From Eledone cirrhosa (lineage: Eukaryota), in NCBI GenBank assembly GCA_964016885.1, contig OZ024751.1:33108001-33172000 (forward strand): a stretch of DNA of 64,000 nt. Reading direction: 5' to 3'. The notes under the pieces are model-generated. The model was not told the origin of the DNA, did not search any database, and worked only from the letters and a program-made list of their open reading frames with translations. Made by a program: the position numbers and the translations under genes. Shown here in pieces: positions 27,204 to 41,216 of this stretch (position 1 is the stretch's first letter; each line of letters opens with the position of its first letter).

Positions 27204-27889
27204 CGTTTCTCTCTAATTATCTGCGATGCCACTGATACATTATTACCCTTAGTTTAAGAGTAAATATTCTCTGATCCATTACTGCTTGGTATAATAAATA
27301 TATATCTAGAAATACGATATATGATGGCGATCGAAGATCAAACCGATCAATACGTGGAATAGACGTAAATACGTTTCATCCCTAGAGATGAGGTTAACAA
27401 ACCAAACAGTTAAAACCTTAATAACAACAGCTCATCTCAGCCTGTTTAAATGTTCAAATTTACTCAAGCTTGAAATATACCAGTTTGTCTGCTGCTAATA
27501 ACATCTGCTACTCATTGAAACAATCATACTAATCAAAGAGGACCTTTTACTTTAATGTCCCTCTTTCTCTCCCGATCTGTCTGGAGAATCCGTTTCTTTA
27601 CATCAGCCTATGAACTATGTTGCATCCAATATTGATTTTCCTATACTAGGAAGTCGAAAAGGTCAACTTGTAGTTTGAGGGATCATACTTGATTAAATCA
27701 ACTATGATGTATAACTGATACGTATTTTATCAAGTGAATGTCTGCAATGAAAAGCAGCACAGACTCCTCTTCCACTAAGTTTCAACTCAAAAGGAAAGTT
27801 AGAGAGGCACTCAGGCTACTGTACGATATTTAGTTTGAAGTTCTACAACTCATATAGACGTACAGTCACCAGCAAACAATGGAGCCTGT

Positions 27890-28240
27890 ACGTGGTCAGA
27901 AGGTCAGCTACAAATAGTAAGAAGACTCCATATAAAAACACAGGAAGGATCATCAGAATATATTCTTAGCTACACTATATATACAGATAGAAGATATGTT
28001 AGTCATGGTTTCAATATATTTGATAATATCTGTTTGATGAAGGTTTACACAACAATAAAAACAACTTTTACTTATGGATCACTAGAAATAACGGGTAAAT
28101 TCCCTTCAAATTACAGACTAGCTATTGTAAAATAGAAGGATATATTGTTAGTAGTATTCCTAAATCAGAATTAAAACAAAATGATCGAGAATGGAAGAGT
28201 GGTGCTCGTAGGTTCGGTGACCTGGGGCTAAATAATAGCA
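27890..28240 (+). mobile_element. Two adjacent copies of a common short interspersed repeat
   Basis: CTAGAAATAGCAGCCAA..TCAAAT-type motif. Related copies near 4185-4250, 11735-11905, 22600-22790, 31220-31400, 60640-60830 and 63505-63700. Confidence 0.55.
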
Positions 28241-28414
28241 ACAGATTTTGCTCAGCAATTATTACGATTTAAAGAAAATAAATGTTGGCAGCAAGGGTTA
28301 GGGCAAAAATAAAATTCTATCTATCTATCTCTCTATATCTGTATCGATATATTAAGGATAAAACTGAGTCTTGTTACTCAGGGGTTTCGCCTGTTTATCA
28401 CAGTGTCATCAGAC

Positions 28415-28463
<49 letters not shown>

Positions 28464-28984
28464 CGCGCGCGCGCGTTTGCATATATGTGTGTGTGTCAGT
28501 GTGTGTGTGTGTGTGTGTATTACGAGTCTCCACAAATTTCTATCTACCAAATTTAATTTCATTCTAACATCATTGGTCAATTCTATATTACAGTAAAAGA
28601 CACTTGATGGTGGTATCGTGCAATGGTAACAGTCCTACTGTCACATGACTATAAATCGACCATCTTAAGGTCACAGCAACGCCTGATCCTATATGATTAT
28701 CTATAATTATATATAAATACACGTAGGGATGGTATACAGCGTCCATTCATTAAACAAATTCTGTTGTTATTAAATCTATGTGGTTCTTCATAGCTTAATG
28801 TTTGTGCTTGCGTGATTTCCAATATGGACGATAGAACACACAGCCTTCATATCAGTACATATTATCATAAAATATGTTTTGTAATTATTGCAGCCACTAA
28901 TCGATATATTTGTATGCTGTTGTGTGCTACCACATGGAACACAGGGTGATAATATTGATAATAATAATAATAATAATAATGATG

Positions 28985-29045
<61 letters not shown>

Positions 29046-29047
<2 letters not shown>

Positions 29048-29160
29048 TTTTCTTTATTAACCACAAGGGTTTACATAAAGTAGACATTAAGGACAGTACA
29101 GGACAATACAGGACGGTACAAATGGGCATTTCTGCGTGTAAAAAAAACAGAGGATGTAAT
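29046..29160 (-). mobile_element. LINE 3' end (L1/Tx1-like) with AATAAA and (ATT)n tail
   Basis: Similar to 59211-59310; embedded in (AAT)n. Confidence 0.6.
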
Positions 29161-29175
29161 AAAATAACAAAGAAA

Positions 29176-29206
<31 letters not shown>

Positions 29207-30404
29207 GCAACAACAACAATAACTATGATCACAACTACAACAACAATGACAATAATAACTATAATAATAATCTGTAACAGCCAGTTATTTATGGAGCTGA
29301 AAAATGTGTCATAACACACCATCACCAATCCCATGCCCTTCATAACACACCATCACCTACCCCGGGCCCCCGGTTGAGGACTGGTTGGATGTATGTGATG
29401 ATACAGACATCCAAGAATAACAATAATAATACCGCCATTACCACCGCTACCAGCACCACCACCATCACCACCACCATCACCACCACCGCCACCACCATCA
29501 CCACCACCACCACCACCACCATCAACACAACCACCACCACAACCAACAACTACAACAACAACAACAATAATAATAATAGTAATAGCATAAAATTTCGAGT
29601 GGAAAACATTTGTTGGAACACATTGCTTCTCTTCAATATTTTTGTGAGAGGCACCTCAATCGTAAATGATGGATATCAATACGGACGTGTAAAATTAAGG
29701 CCTTTTCTGTAGTTAGTAATCAATTTACATCTAATTAGTTGTTCGTCTCTGTTGTGATAGACATTAGACACTCCAGATTTTAGACAAAACACTGATTATA
29801 AAATAATAATGATTTAGACAAACAAGAAAAAATAAACTGAAGCAAAATGAAAAGAAAAACAAATATTAAATATTCTAAAGTGAATAATGAAATTCAATTT
29901 ATATCTATGAATAACGACCCATGGATAATGACTACATAAAATATAGCCAATTAGGTATTTGGGAAATAAAAGAGTTTGTTTGTTTAACAATGCGAGGAAA
30001 CAACAATCTGCTTGTTACATCAGAAAAAGTAAAATTTTAATCAATAAAATAAGATTAGAACTTGAAGAATAAAAGCATGTACAATATTTTGTTGTGGATT
30101 ATTTCTTTCTGAGTTAAAATAACGATAGTCTTAATTTTAATAGGGGCCACAACGAGTTATACTTTAAAATAACTTGTTGTCAGCTGATCAATAATGAATA
30201 GCTGATGATATTTATAGGAGTTACAGTAAAGTTTTTTGCCTGTATTTTAGATTTTCGTGTATTAAGTGGGATTAATCGTACATATTTAACCGATATTCCA
30301 CTAATGGCAACTTGTAGAATTACCATGCCAATTTGGTAGATGTATTAAATCATCGACACTTTGTTTTCCAGTATTTGTTCGGTAGTCGAGAGTTTTTGCG
30401 TTTT

Positions 30405-30470
30405 GCGTTCAAATCCCAATGAAGTCAGTTTTACCTTTCATCCTTGCATGGTCGATAAATAAAGTACTGA
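30405..30470 (+). mobile_element. SINE fragment
   Basis: GTTCAAATCCC..TTTACCTTTCATCCTTGCATGGTCGATAAATAAAGTAC. Confidence 0.75.
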
Positions 30471-33299
30471 CGCACAGAATTGTTGATAGTCCATGGAATC
30501 GTTACTCTCAGATTACTTGAGTTACCGAGTTCAAATTTGACCGAGGTTTACATGGGTGATGGACTTAATCAAATTGGATGGTTTAACACCACCGTCTGAC
30601 CATAAGGTGCCATGACTTGAGTCATCAACTATGTTGCTAGTATTTAGTACAGATTTTGGGGTTAAGCATAGAGTCCACTCATAAGTCCAGGCCATCCCCG
30701 TAAATGGAGATGGGAACTGACTAAACGATAAAATATACATAAAATAAATGTACCTGCAAATGGAATTAAATTTGGCAAAGGATAAAGGAGTGAAAAGCTA
30801 TGGAAGACATATTGAAATTTAAGTTAAGTATTGATCCTAGCGAAAACCAATGCTGATTAGAAGTCATTAACTGGATTAGAAACTAAATGAAAATGGAGTA
30901 GTTTGTAACGACTTGATTATTGGTCATTGGTAGGTTCACTCCAGTTAAAATATTTCGTCAATTTAATGGCACATCGTATATTTAACCTTACAAATTGTCT
31001 CATAGTTTTTCCTTAATGAACAGTGATTTCTTCATTATAAGTTTTCAAGGTCCTTAAATAAGAAATAAAGATAATGATCAATTTAGAAGTGGTGACATAT
31101 CAAATCATTAGCTACACTAATTCTAAAAAGATTACAATGCGTTGATTGATAACTAACGTCGTTAGTTATAATTCTCTGATATAAATAGAATGAATGCGAG
31201 AAAATATGGAAAGTATTCTCGTTGTTATTTATCTCCAGTTTAGCCTAAATGGAACTAACGTATGATCAAAGGCTTTCCAACCATGACTTCCCTGTCTTTT
31301 TTTCAACTGCATTATCAAATTTTAAGTCGTATATAGCTGCTACTTTTAAGATATCACGTGACTATATAAAAGTTGTAAGTTAGACTAACCTGGCGTTTAC
31401 TTTAGTCGGGTAATTGGTGGTTTATACAAGGTCTAAGACTAGTTGGAACTTTCCTACTTATGGCGACCAATCAAGATAATGTAGAGAGGTTTTAGTGTAA
31501 ATTGGTGCCTAAACTAATGAGTTTATGTTGATAGTTATATGGAGAAATAGAACTGAGGATGGAATATTTAGTGGATGATGTGGATGTAAACTTTTCTCAT
31601 ATATAAGATTGAGGTTAGGAGAAGGTACATAAACGTCGGAGAGAAAACAGAAAATCTCGGTTTTTATATGGGGAGAACTTTGATATATTTGTTCTGCCTT
31701 GGCTAACAGATGCATTCTTGTGACAGTCACGGTCAGAACTCCAGTAAAACATTGAATGGCTTGTTGGAAACATGCAACCAACAACAGCCTTGTTCATGAT
31801 TGCGATGTAAAGGAGAATAAATAAATGAAAAAAGAAACAAAACAAATTATATTACTTTGAATACGTTGATACAGAAATTACAGCTCCAAGCAGAATTCTG
31901 TCCCTTTGTCTTGTTTTACATAATTAGAGTATTCCTGTTAAAGCTGAAATTAGAGTAATGAAATTAATAATGATAGCTTGATTTGAGGGACCCGAAATTT
32001 TAGGGGCTTTGGTCCTCGCTATTAATTATAGCAAAATACTGTGTTTATAGTTGAGATGGCATTGGATTACACATACGTATCGCGAGAAACACTAAGGTCA
32101 GGAGCTATTAGCCTCAGGTTTGTTTTGTTTCGTTATCCACGATAAATTCCAATGTTTATTTGGTGATTACAAACGTAGAAGAGAGACCTTAACTGAACCA
32201 GTTGTCACACATTTCTACAACATTCATGAGCAGATCAGAGAAATCTCTTGAAAACGAACATCTTTTAATCTCATTCTAGTTGGAGATGTATAGAATTCAG
32301 GAAATAAAGAAGAACATATAAGATTATGCAGAAGTTGATGAGGAAGCCTTCCGGAAAATTACTCCAAATTTGAGCCCCTAATTAACTGTCGTACATCTCG
32401 GTGAAGCAGTATGATTGTAGCGAGTCACGGTAGATTATTTACGGTTCATGAGAAAGCTTCTCTCTGCAATACTGCTGCGAGCATTAGCCACAGATGTTAT
32501 GTGAGATGTTCGGTTTGAAAGAATAAATGATTAGGATGAGACTGCAGTCAGTAAATCAATAAATTTGATGAGGAGATTTCCAGTTAATTTCAGTTGAGCA
32601 CATTACTTGCTGGCAGGTCATTAGCAATCAGTAACTGCCGGCTACTGTACCTTTAAATTCAAATATGACAAATTAGAGCTGCTTAGTTGTCAGCTGCTGA
32701 TTAAGAACAAACCAATTCTAATCTTTTGTTCACATTTTACTCAAACTTGAAAGTGATCGTTATGTTATTCTTGCATAATTTTTTTACTAAATACTTTAAT
32801 AATAAATTACTGTTTATTAATTTATCAATATTGTACAAAATCGTTAACGAGTTGCAGATCACATTGACAATATCATAGTGCATCCTAGCCGGGACAAGAA
32901 TTTCATAGTTCGAGTCATTTTTTTTCTTTTAGTATTTTCTATCATTTTTATTATTTCATGAAAAAAATCCAACTATCAATTACATTATAAATAAGGTTAG
33001 TAAGCCATACATAGATGACTCTGCTGATACAGTATTTGCTTCCCAGTCATGACAGTATATCGCTAGTTAGAATCTTATTTTATCTCTTGTACTATTTATT
33101 TCGCTAATAATTTGCAGGTGAACCCAGTTGAGTATGGTAGCAAATGTATTACTGTTCTGACTGTAAAGTAGTTGTTTCGCAGTTAAAATAGGAGACTGGT
33201 TGGTAGTGTCATTTAAATTCGTTCACAATTTACCTCAGTAAGAAATTAATGGAATTTATTTATCAATTCTATACAGAAAGATGGTGAATGCAGATAGCT

Positions 33300-33570
33300 G
33301 TGGAGTTATATTAAATGGATATCTGTCTGTTTCGACGATGCAACCTCAGTTGTTTGATCAGTTGTACTGCTCACATGAACATTTTAACGAAATCCTCAGC
33401 CAGAATGAATGTGACACAGAATGTGACAAGGCATCCGTACATTTTCCGTCTACCCAATTTCAATGACAATAGCCTCGGAGTTGAACCGAGGCTATTGTAA
33501 AATTCACTCTCAAAGGTGCCAAGCAGTGTGATAAAACTCGAGATCTCGTGATAGCAAAGCAAACGCCTTA
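33300..33570 (-). mobile_element. CORE-like tRNA-derived SINE
   Basis: TTTTCCGTCTACCCAATTTC...CAAAGGTGCCAAGCAGTG; related copy near 22400-22610. Confidence 0.65.
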
Positions 33571-34265
33571 TCCATTTCGATATGTCGATAGAAGACTGTA
33601 AACTAGTCACAAGCTTGAAAGAGATTCAAGTTTCTAACCAGTGAAACATGGTTGTAAACATTCGCGAATATTACACAAGACTGCAATACTATGTTCAATA
33701 GGTGGTGCATATAATGTGTGGAGAGAAATGGTCACTGTAAAGTGGTTTCACTCTCCACCACTTGCGGAGCAAACAGCTTCCTCGTCTGTGATAATTCTAC
33801 GATTCAAATTATTCTAAAAGACTCACAAAATAAATGTAATTTAATACATGAGAAATTGTTGAACCGTGAAATGTAACTTAATAGATGATATTGTAGTTGT
33901 TGGTTGAGTATAAACAAAGTAGGCTTCAGTCCAGTAGTCCTATGTCACATGACCCACAGATCAAAACGAAACATTAGATCAGCAATTCTAACAATTGCAA
34001 TTCTCTTTACATTGTGAGTCACACAGTCCCTGGATTTAACGTATAAAACATGTATTCACCATTTTAAAAATACAGTCAGGGCGTTGGGGTAGATTTTTGT
34101 ATGATAAACTGAATAGCTCAAATGAGTCCGTTGTAGCTCCGTTGTTTGCTGCAAAGGTAATCTACTTTGAAATAATGAAAAGAACAAATAAAATAACAAA
34201 AACGAAAGTTGACGTCCTTTAAAATATTTCCAGAGGTGAGGGGAATATATAAAGGAATAACTTAC

Positions 34266-34315
34266 GTGAAAGATCAAATGTCGGGAGTGTTTGTAAAAAG
34301 AGCTACTAAAATAAA
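34266..34315 (-). other. Candidate 50-nt exon
   Basis: gttattgttattacag|...TTTCAC|gtaagt; only one frame open (YFSSSFYKHSRHLIFH). Confidence 0.3.
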
Positions 34316-35123
34316 CTGTAATAACAATAACAACACGGGTTCAGCTTAATGCTATGTTTTGCTTACACGAACGAAATTATTTGTTAAAACCATTATGGTA
34401 GTTTAAATATAATACCGAAATCCTAAAAGCAACAGAAGCAAAAATATTTCAGCTTTAATCCTGATGTAAATGTCAGCCTTGTTGAATAGAGAAACTGGCA
34501 TTTCGAACGCTACAAATGAATATATGCTGATTGTTAGAAGGAGCATTACGAGAGAGGTCATAAGACTGTTAATTCACTTTCTCTATTATTTCGTTGATAT
34601 TTCATGTCATAACAAAAATAAAAATAACTTAGATATTTAAGACTAAATAGATGTAAGCTAAACAATGAATAAAAACGAATTTAAATCTGCTTAATACATG
34701 TGTACAAACAGGAAATCTCATCCAGAAACATACCCGGTATTGCTGCTGGCAATACTGGTAACATTGAAAAGGAGTTCTTCATCAATTGCATTTTTGATAA
34801 GGAGCGTTAAAGGTTATTTAGACAACCCTACTGCTTCTATAAAACTAAAAATGTTCAAAACTTAATCCCGTCACGAACAACATGGTTGCACAAAATTACT
34901 GTTTTGTTAATGGTTTTTTTTTATTAACTACAGCTATATAGTAAGAACGATCCCTTCATAAACACGTTATTGTAGGCTCCATCTAACTCTACTGTACTTT
35001 GGGAAAATTATTTCTATCATAGCCCTGGGTTATTTAATGGGGTATGGTTGAAATTCGGTAAAATATGGTTGTCGTATTTTATATGAAAGGAATCAAGTGA
35101 AGGAATACATGTTGTAAACTTAC

Positions 35124-35150
35124 GCAAGGAAAGAGGAATTTCTGGAAAAT
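35124..35150 (-). CDS. Candidate 27-nt frame-preserving microexon
   Basis: Strong acceptor cccctctctttcgcag, consensus donor gtaagt, length divisible by 3, no stop in any frame (phase 1: DFPEIPLSL). Confidence 0.45.
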
Positions 35151-35435
35151 CTGCGAAAGAGAGGGGACTTATAGAATATATATAGATATATACAAATATA
35201 CACAGCCATGGCAGTTTGATTGAGTTTACTGTGCAACCACGGCAACCACGGGCTTTTGGCTTCAGACTTGCTGCGCGACACATTAAGGAAGAGAATTCTA
35301 CTATAACCTTGGTTTAACTAATTCTTAGTTTAACTAATTTTCAGTTAACAGAAACAAGAGAACTTCCTTTTATATACATGGAAAGATGAAGAGAGAGAGC
35401 GAGAGATAGATAGAGAGACAGAGAGAGACAGAGAT

Positions 35436-35510
<75 letters not shown>

Positions 35511-35530
35511 ATGTGTCTATGTATGTTTTT

Positions 35531-35552
35531 GTCTGTTGCCATGTCAACAGAC
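35531..35552. promoter_or_regulatory. RFX X-box-like palindrome
   Basis: GTCT-GTTGCCATGTCAAC-AGAC; one mismatch to GTTRCCATGGYAAC, with palindromic flanks. Confidence 0.3.
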
Positions 35553-36640
35553 CTCAGTAAGAGTACCAAATAATTAAGACATTGGGATATTTCGTCTCTC
35601 TTCCTTTAGTTTAAAAGAAAACCAAAGTTGCACCAATATTCCAATCCTAACCACAGTTTTGTATTCATCTGATAAATTTTAATTGGTTTCATATTAAAAT
35701 GTTGCCGCACTTAACATTTATTTTAAGTCTGTCAATACAAACTAGGAACTGTATTAGAGTATTTAAAAAAATAGGAAATAGTGAAATGAAGAGAAGACAC
35801 AGATATGAAAAGGATGTGTACAGTAATGGAGGTATTTAAAAGTATTGAAATAATAAAGAAGCAGAGAAAAAAGATAGAACAAATAAAAAAGGGGAAGAGA
35901 TATACCATCTAGGCTAGATGGTATGTCTCCGCTGTCCCTCACGAAAAAAGAAGATGAAGAGATGGAGAACAGTCAACCGCAAACGCTACATCAGTCATTC
36001 TATCTCACGGCGCTCTTTCCTCTGACGTGATGCTCTCCACCCGATTTTGAGGAGGAAAACAGCAGGCTATGGACCGATGCCACCGGGAGTCTCAACGGAG
36101 ATTTATTAGAAGAAGATGTAGGTAAAGACATGCTGTTTGTATAGAAAGAAAATAAACAAACGAAACAACTGCATAAGACCTTCAGAACTTTTTACAAACA
36201 GAAAAAAGATCTTTACCTTTTATTTGGGGCTGTGTATGTGGTGGGGGGGGGGGTATTTATCGAAACAACATAATAATTGCTGAGCTAGTTACTTTATCTT
36301 TCTTAATGCTTTTTCTCGTGATTATTTCCATTACCATGTTGATCATTAACTGCGGTGTAATGCTTTTTATACCGCCATTATTATTATCATTATGTTAATT
36401 ATTATTATTATTATTATTGTTATTATTATTATTATTATTATTCAGTCAGTCACGCAATCAAAGAAGACATATAAGGTTGTAGCGTAGTTTGTAGTTTTGG
36501 TTGAAGATTATTATTTACGACTTAATAGGAACCACTTCCGGTGCCTGTCGTTGATCCGAGAGAAAATTATGTAACATTGAAGAAATTAGGTGCAGACTTG
36601 TTGAATGTTGTGAACATTAACAAATAACTATAATATCCAC

Positions 36641-37055
36641 CAGCAGCACTACTACACATTACTACAGCCTTCATCAGCAGCACTACTACACATTACTACA
36701 GCCTTCATCAGCAGCACTATCACACATTACAACAGTGTTTAACAGCAGCACTATCACACATTACAACAGTGTTTAACAGCAGCACTATCACACATTACTA
36801 CAGTGTTTAACAGCAGCACTATCACAAATTACTATACCCTCATCAGCAGCACTATCACAAATTACAACAGCCTTCATCAGCAGCACTATCACACATTACA
36901 ACAGCCTTCATCAGCAGCACTATCACACATTACAACAGCCTTCATCAGCAGCACTATCACAAATTACAACAGCGTCCATCTGCAGCACTATCACACATTA
37001 CAACAGCGTCCATCAGCAGCACTATCACACATTACAACAGTGTTTAACAGTAGCA
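36641..37055. repeat. 34-bp minisatellite, ~12 copies
   Basis: Unit CAGCAGCACTATCACACATTACAACAGCCTTCAT. Confidence 0.95.
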
Positions 37056-37490
37056 CCATGACAAATGGAATTTCAGAATAAAATACACACAGAAAAGAAA
37101 TCAAAATGTGCCCACCCCTTCCCCCACCATTTTCCCCACCCCTGGAAAAAAAGAGAAAGAAAAGCATGAAAGAGGAAATAGAAAACAGGAAGAGTAAATT
37201 CGTAATTTAGTTGATTGCAGAAAATCGTTATTAATAGAAATTATCTAATTAAATTTCAAAACTGAAAAATCTAATTAAATTTTGTATTTATTTTTAATAA
37301 TTAAAGATAGTTCAGTGAGTGAAACTTCCATTGTTAATGAGGGGAAATATTAGCAGTTATTTAAGGAAGTAGAAACACTATAATCTCAGACCCAAATGTT
37401 GTTGTTGGTGCTTTTATGTATGTTAGGATTAATGTTCGAAATATCCCAGGAAGAAAATAACTTTAACATTCACACATACATACATACACA

Positions 37491-37533
<43 letters not shown>

Positions 37534-37639
37534 ATGATCCTCTGAGTGTACAGGTGAAGCACCAGAGTAAAATCTTCACCAATTACCCACCCGTAAGAAA
37601 AAATATATATATATTTATATTACTTTATTACGTGTATAT

Positions 37640-38060
37640 TACGATGCCCTAAAAGCAAGCAGTTTTAATGGAAAATTAATTACAGCCCTGGACCAACAAA
37701 ATCAAAGAAAATTAGAAGTAGAAATACTGTCTAGCACTCGCTTCCCATCTCGTTGAATGTCAAAACCAATATTGGTAGAACATTTGTAGCTCTGATAGAT
37801 AAACACTTCCTCGCTAATCATATATACAAGAAATGATTCGATAGGTATATGTGTAAGATAAGTTATACATCCCTTCACTACTTCAAAAGAATACCAACCA
37901 ACTAATTCACACTAACTAATGTAGCCGGGTGTTCTTGTAAGAACAGAAATACAGGCACATTAGATTGCCCTGTACAACCGTCCTCAAACTATATATCAGT
38001 GTCACAAACCGCCAGTTCAAACGCACGATATTAAACATACAACGTCTTTTTCAGACCCGG
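37640..38060 (+). mobile_element. Penelope-like (Naiad-type) element fragment
   Basis: TNIGRTFVALIDKHFLANHIYKK*FDRYMCKISY followed by GCSCKN..IYQC, matching the TNIG..F..LIDKHF..H...FNR...K.SY / CNC linker. Confidence 0.75.
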
Positions 38061-38183
38061 TTAAAATAGACATAATAAAATTGTCCAGTTATTGTTGGAA
38101 ACTGAAAGAGGACTCACTAGAACACAGCATAACTGAGAGGTAGGTATATTGGTCCCCAGTTCTCTTAGCAGTTTTTGCAGCTG

Positions 38184-38260
<77 letters not shown>

Positions 38261-38266
38261 TATATA

Positions 38267-38320
<54 letters not shown>

Positions 38321-38323
<3 letters not shown>

Positions 38324-38629
38324 AAGGCGGGTAAAATTCCCGAGATCCATGGACGAGTTCTCTCCAGCGGTCTCTGTCCCTCATTATCGCTGCCATGTCC
38401 TGCGTCTCCAACAGACCAGTGTCTGTCCTTAGGGCATCAACATTAATCAGTATACACTGAGGATGAAAAACTCAGAGCTGTATGGGAGCATCCCAAAAGT
38501 CAGCTCAAAAGTGACACAGAGGAGACTGAGGTTAGCTGGACATGCTCACGGACATCCAGAGTTGACATTGCACTCAGTGCTCCTTTGGGAGCCCCTACAT
38601 GGACACACTAGAAGAGGAAGACCAAGGTT

Positions 38630-38632
<3 letters not shown>
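38321..38632 (-). mobile_element. Second RTE 3' fragment with 5' inversion, inside (TA)n
   Basis: 38321-38443 (-) is the 3' end, nearly identical to 587-710. 38439-38632 (+) is the upstream part, ending at RPRLT. 5-bp AACAT junction microhomology. Confidence 0.9.
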
Positions 38633-38701
<69 letters not shown>

Positions 38702-38899
38702 CACTTCAAACCTTCGTAACAGAACTGGGGACCAATATTTGTCCAGAAATACCCGTCGAAACTGCTTGAGTGTCACTTGGAGTTACTGCAGGTTCAACGG
38801 GATGAGTACTCGATGTTTAGGTTCACTTCTGTGTTGAGGTGTAGAGCTATACAGAGTGTACATATTGAAAAGATAACAAGGACGATTGGTTACTCCTTC

Positions 38900-39310
38900 A
38901 TTACATTTACTGGTAGGTGACGCGCGTTTCGCCACTGATCAGCTAAAGGTTCGATCTGTATCGATCTTACCCGACTCTATAATGGGCAGCTCGACGGAAC
39001 CTTTAAAATGCTAGTAGAAAATGAATACATACTATGTGATGAAGTCAGAAGTTCATATGTTGGTCAATAAGGATTGTTTTGATTGGTGGAATAGATCATA
39101 GGGATGTTTTCAGCTGTAGTGTATGTAGAGGTGCATGTGATGATAAGATGGTGGTGACGGACGTTGGCTGAGATGGGCTGCGGTGTGGGGGTGGGGGATG
39201 GTCAGTAGACAGATTGGCGTATATTTGTGGCTGATTATTGTGTGTGGTGTGGGTGTGGTGTTGTTGTTTGTGGTAGTGGTGTTTATGGTGGTGTGGTGGA
39301 TGTGTTAGCG
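38900..39310 (-). mobile_element. Decayed PLE 3' region with hammerhead-like remnant
   Basis: Minus strand CTGATCA-GTGGC-GAAA-CGCGCG-TC near 38919-38942; stem I is not recoverable. Confidence 0.35.
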
Positions 39311-39418
39311 GTCTCAAATACAATGAGGAGATACATACCTAGACACACTTAGTCTGACAATAACGTTGCATACATAAACATGTGTATATACACATTGGCA
39401 TATATACACATACACACT

Positions 39419-39539
<121 letters not shown>

Positions 39540-40035
39540 GGCAATTAGTAAAACTCCTGTGATCTTTCTTATGTTACATCAAAGCTAATATGGGTCACAA
39601 CAACAACAACAACAACAACAACAGCAACAACAACAACAGCAGCAGCAATATCTAACCAATGATAACAGTTGATTCAGATTGTGTATAATAGATATGGGTG
39701 GGGGAACCTGAATATTGCAACATTTGGTGATGTTCAGAACTTATTTGCGATGCTAAAGAAGAGAAATTTTCTTCACTGAAAATGGAAATACCGCAGCTAT
39801 CTCGGTAAGCTGAGAGCTTTATTCTTGCTCAATGACGCCCGCCAATTCTTGGATAATATTAAGATCCTGGAATGCGGAAGGAATGGAATTGTGGAAATAA
39901 CTTCCTAGAACTTGATGACAGTGGACGATGATAAAGAACCAGTAAAGAAAAAAAGTAATAAAACTTGGCAAGTCTTTAAAATAAACATATGAAAGGAGAG
40001 GAAAATAAGGAGAGTGAAAGGCAGCATGGAATAGG

Positions 40036-40074
<39 letters not shown>

Positions 40075-41216
40075 ATACGTGAAAATATTTAAATAAATAA
40101 ATGAGGGAAATAAATATATCTCGGATGACGCATGGGAATTTATCTTTCAGTAGAAATTACAGAAAATTATGGTGGAAAAAATAATTCAGCGGAACAGATG
40201 AATGAGCTGAAAATAGAATGGTAAAATATTTGAGTTTACGGAGCAAGGTCAAAAGTAATGTAAGAACGCTAAAAAACAAGAGATAATTCTTAGCGTAAAA
40301 TACGAAGCAAAACAAGCATATTTCAAAGTGCAAATGGCGTATGATAGAGTCAAAATACATATAACTATCTGACTTAGCTAGCTCTGTCTGCGTTTAATGT
40401 GTTTTCAGATGTGGCAAAGATATGTCCTTGCTTCAAAATGGTATATTAATTTATGCAGTTACACTAAATGTATTATTTTACAAATCAGCACATATTTTGT
40501 TTTCATTGATATTGCTATACTTGCTGGTATGTAATATTCAGGTTTCTTTTATGTCAGCAGATAGAAGAGGAAATTTCAAACCTATTACATAACTGATGAT
40601 GATCTCCTGTAAATGATGTTCTTCTTAGGAAACTTTCAGTTATCTAGGTGCAGAACTGTGGCCTACAATGTGAAACATCCTTATATAAAGATATGTATGC
40701 GTTCACGTTTATATATTAAGATGTTTTCACATATCGACACACGACAAACAGATTTTTAAGGGGTTTAATAACGATTTTTTTATTGACTGAGGATAGTATT
40801 GGTAATTATTTTTCAATATACCATAAGATAGGCTTTCTGGCGAAATGCCTTTGAACACAAGCTTACTTAATCAAAGCCTGACCTTATACATATGTAAAAC
40901 ACTCTCTGGTATTTTAATAATATTATGGTTAGTGTTATGTCTGTGAAGTCCAATGTAATTTCAGTCCCTATTAATGTCACAAAATCCCTTGAAATAAAAT
41001 ATATTAATGTCACAATCTTATATTAATTCTCCATCCTCTGAAATGTAAATATTTTAGGTCTAATTAATTTTTTTAAAAGCATTAAAAATTTACAGGAGGC
41101 AACGTAGACCGACAGACAAGATTACAAAGCGGGTTTTAAGTAAACAAACGTGTAGGTAACATGTTAATATTTTTAATAATTCAAAGCTGGTGTAAAATAT
41201 GACATGTTGTATAAAT

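Noticed and set aside
36641-37055. 34-bp repeat of CRISPR-like length
   Set aside because: Contiguous units, no spacers, no cas genes, eukaryotic context.
40409-40440. 32-nt plus-strand exon candidate
   Set aside because: Weak donor (gtatat) and no supporting homology.
40590-40645. CTGATGA...GAAA pairs here and near 53443
   Set aside because: No consistent stems I-III; expected by chance.
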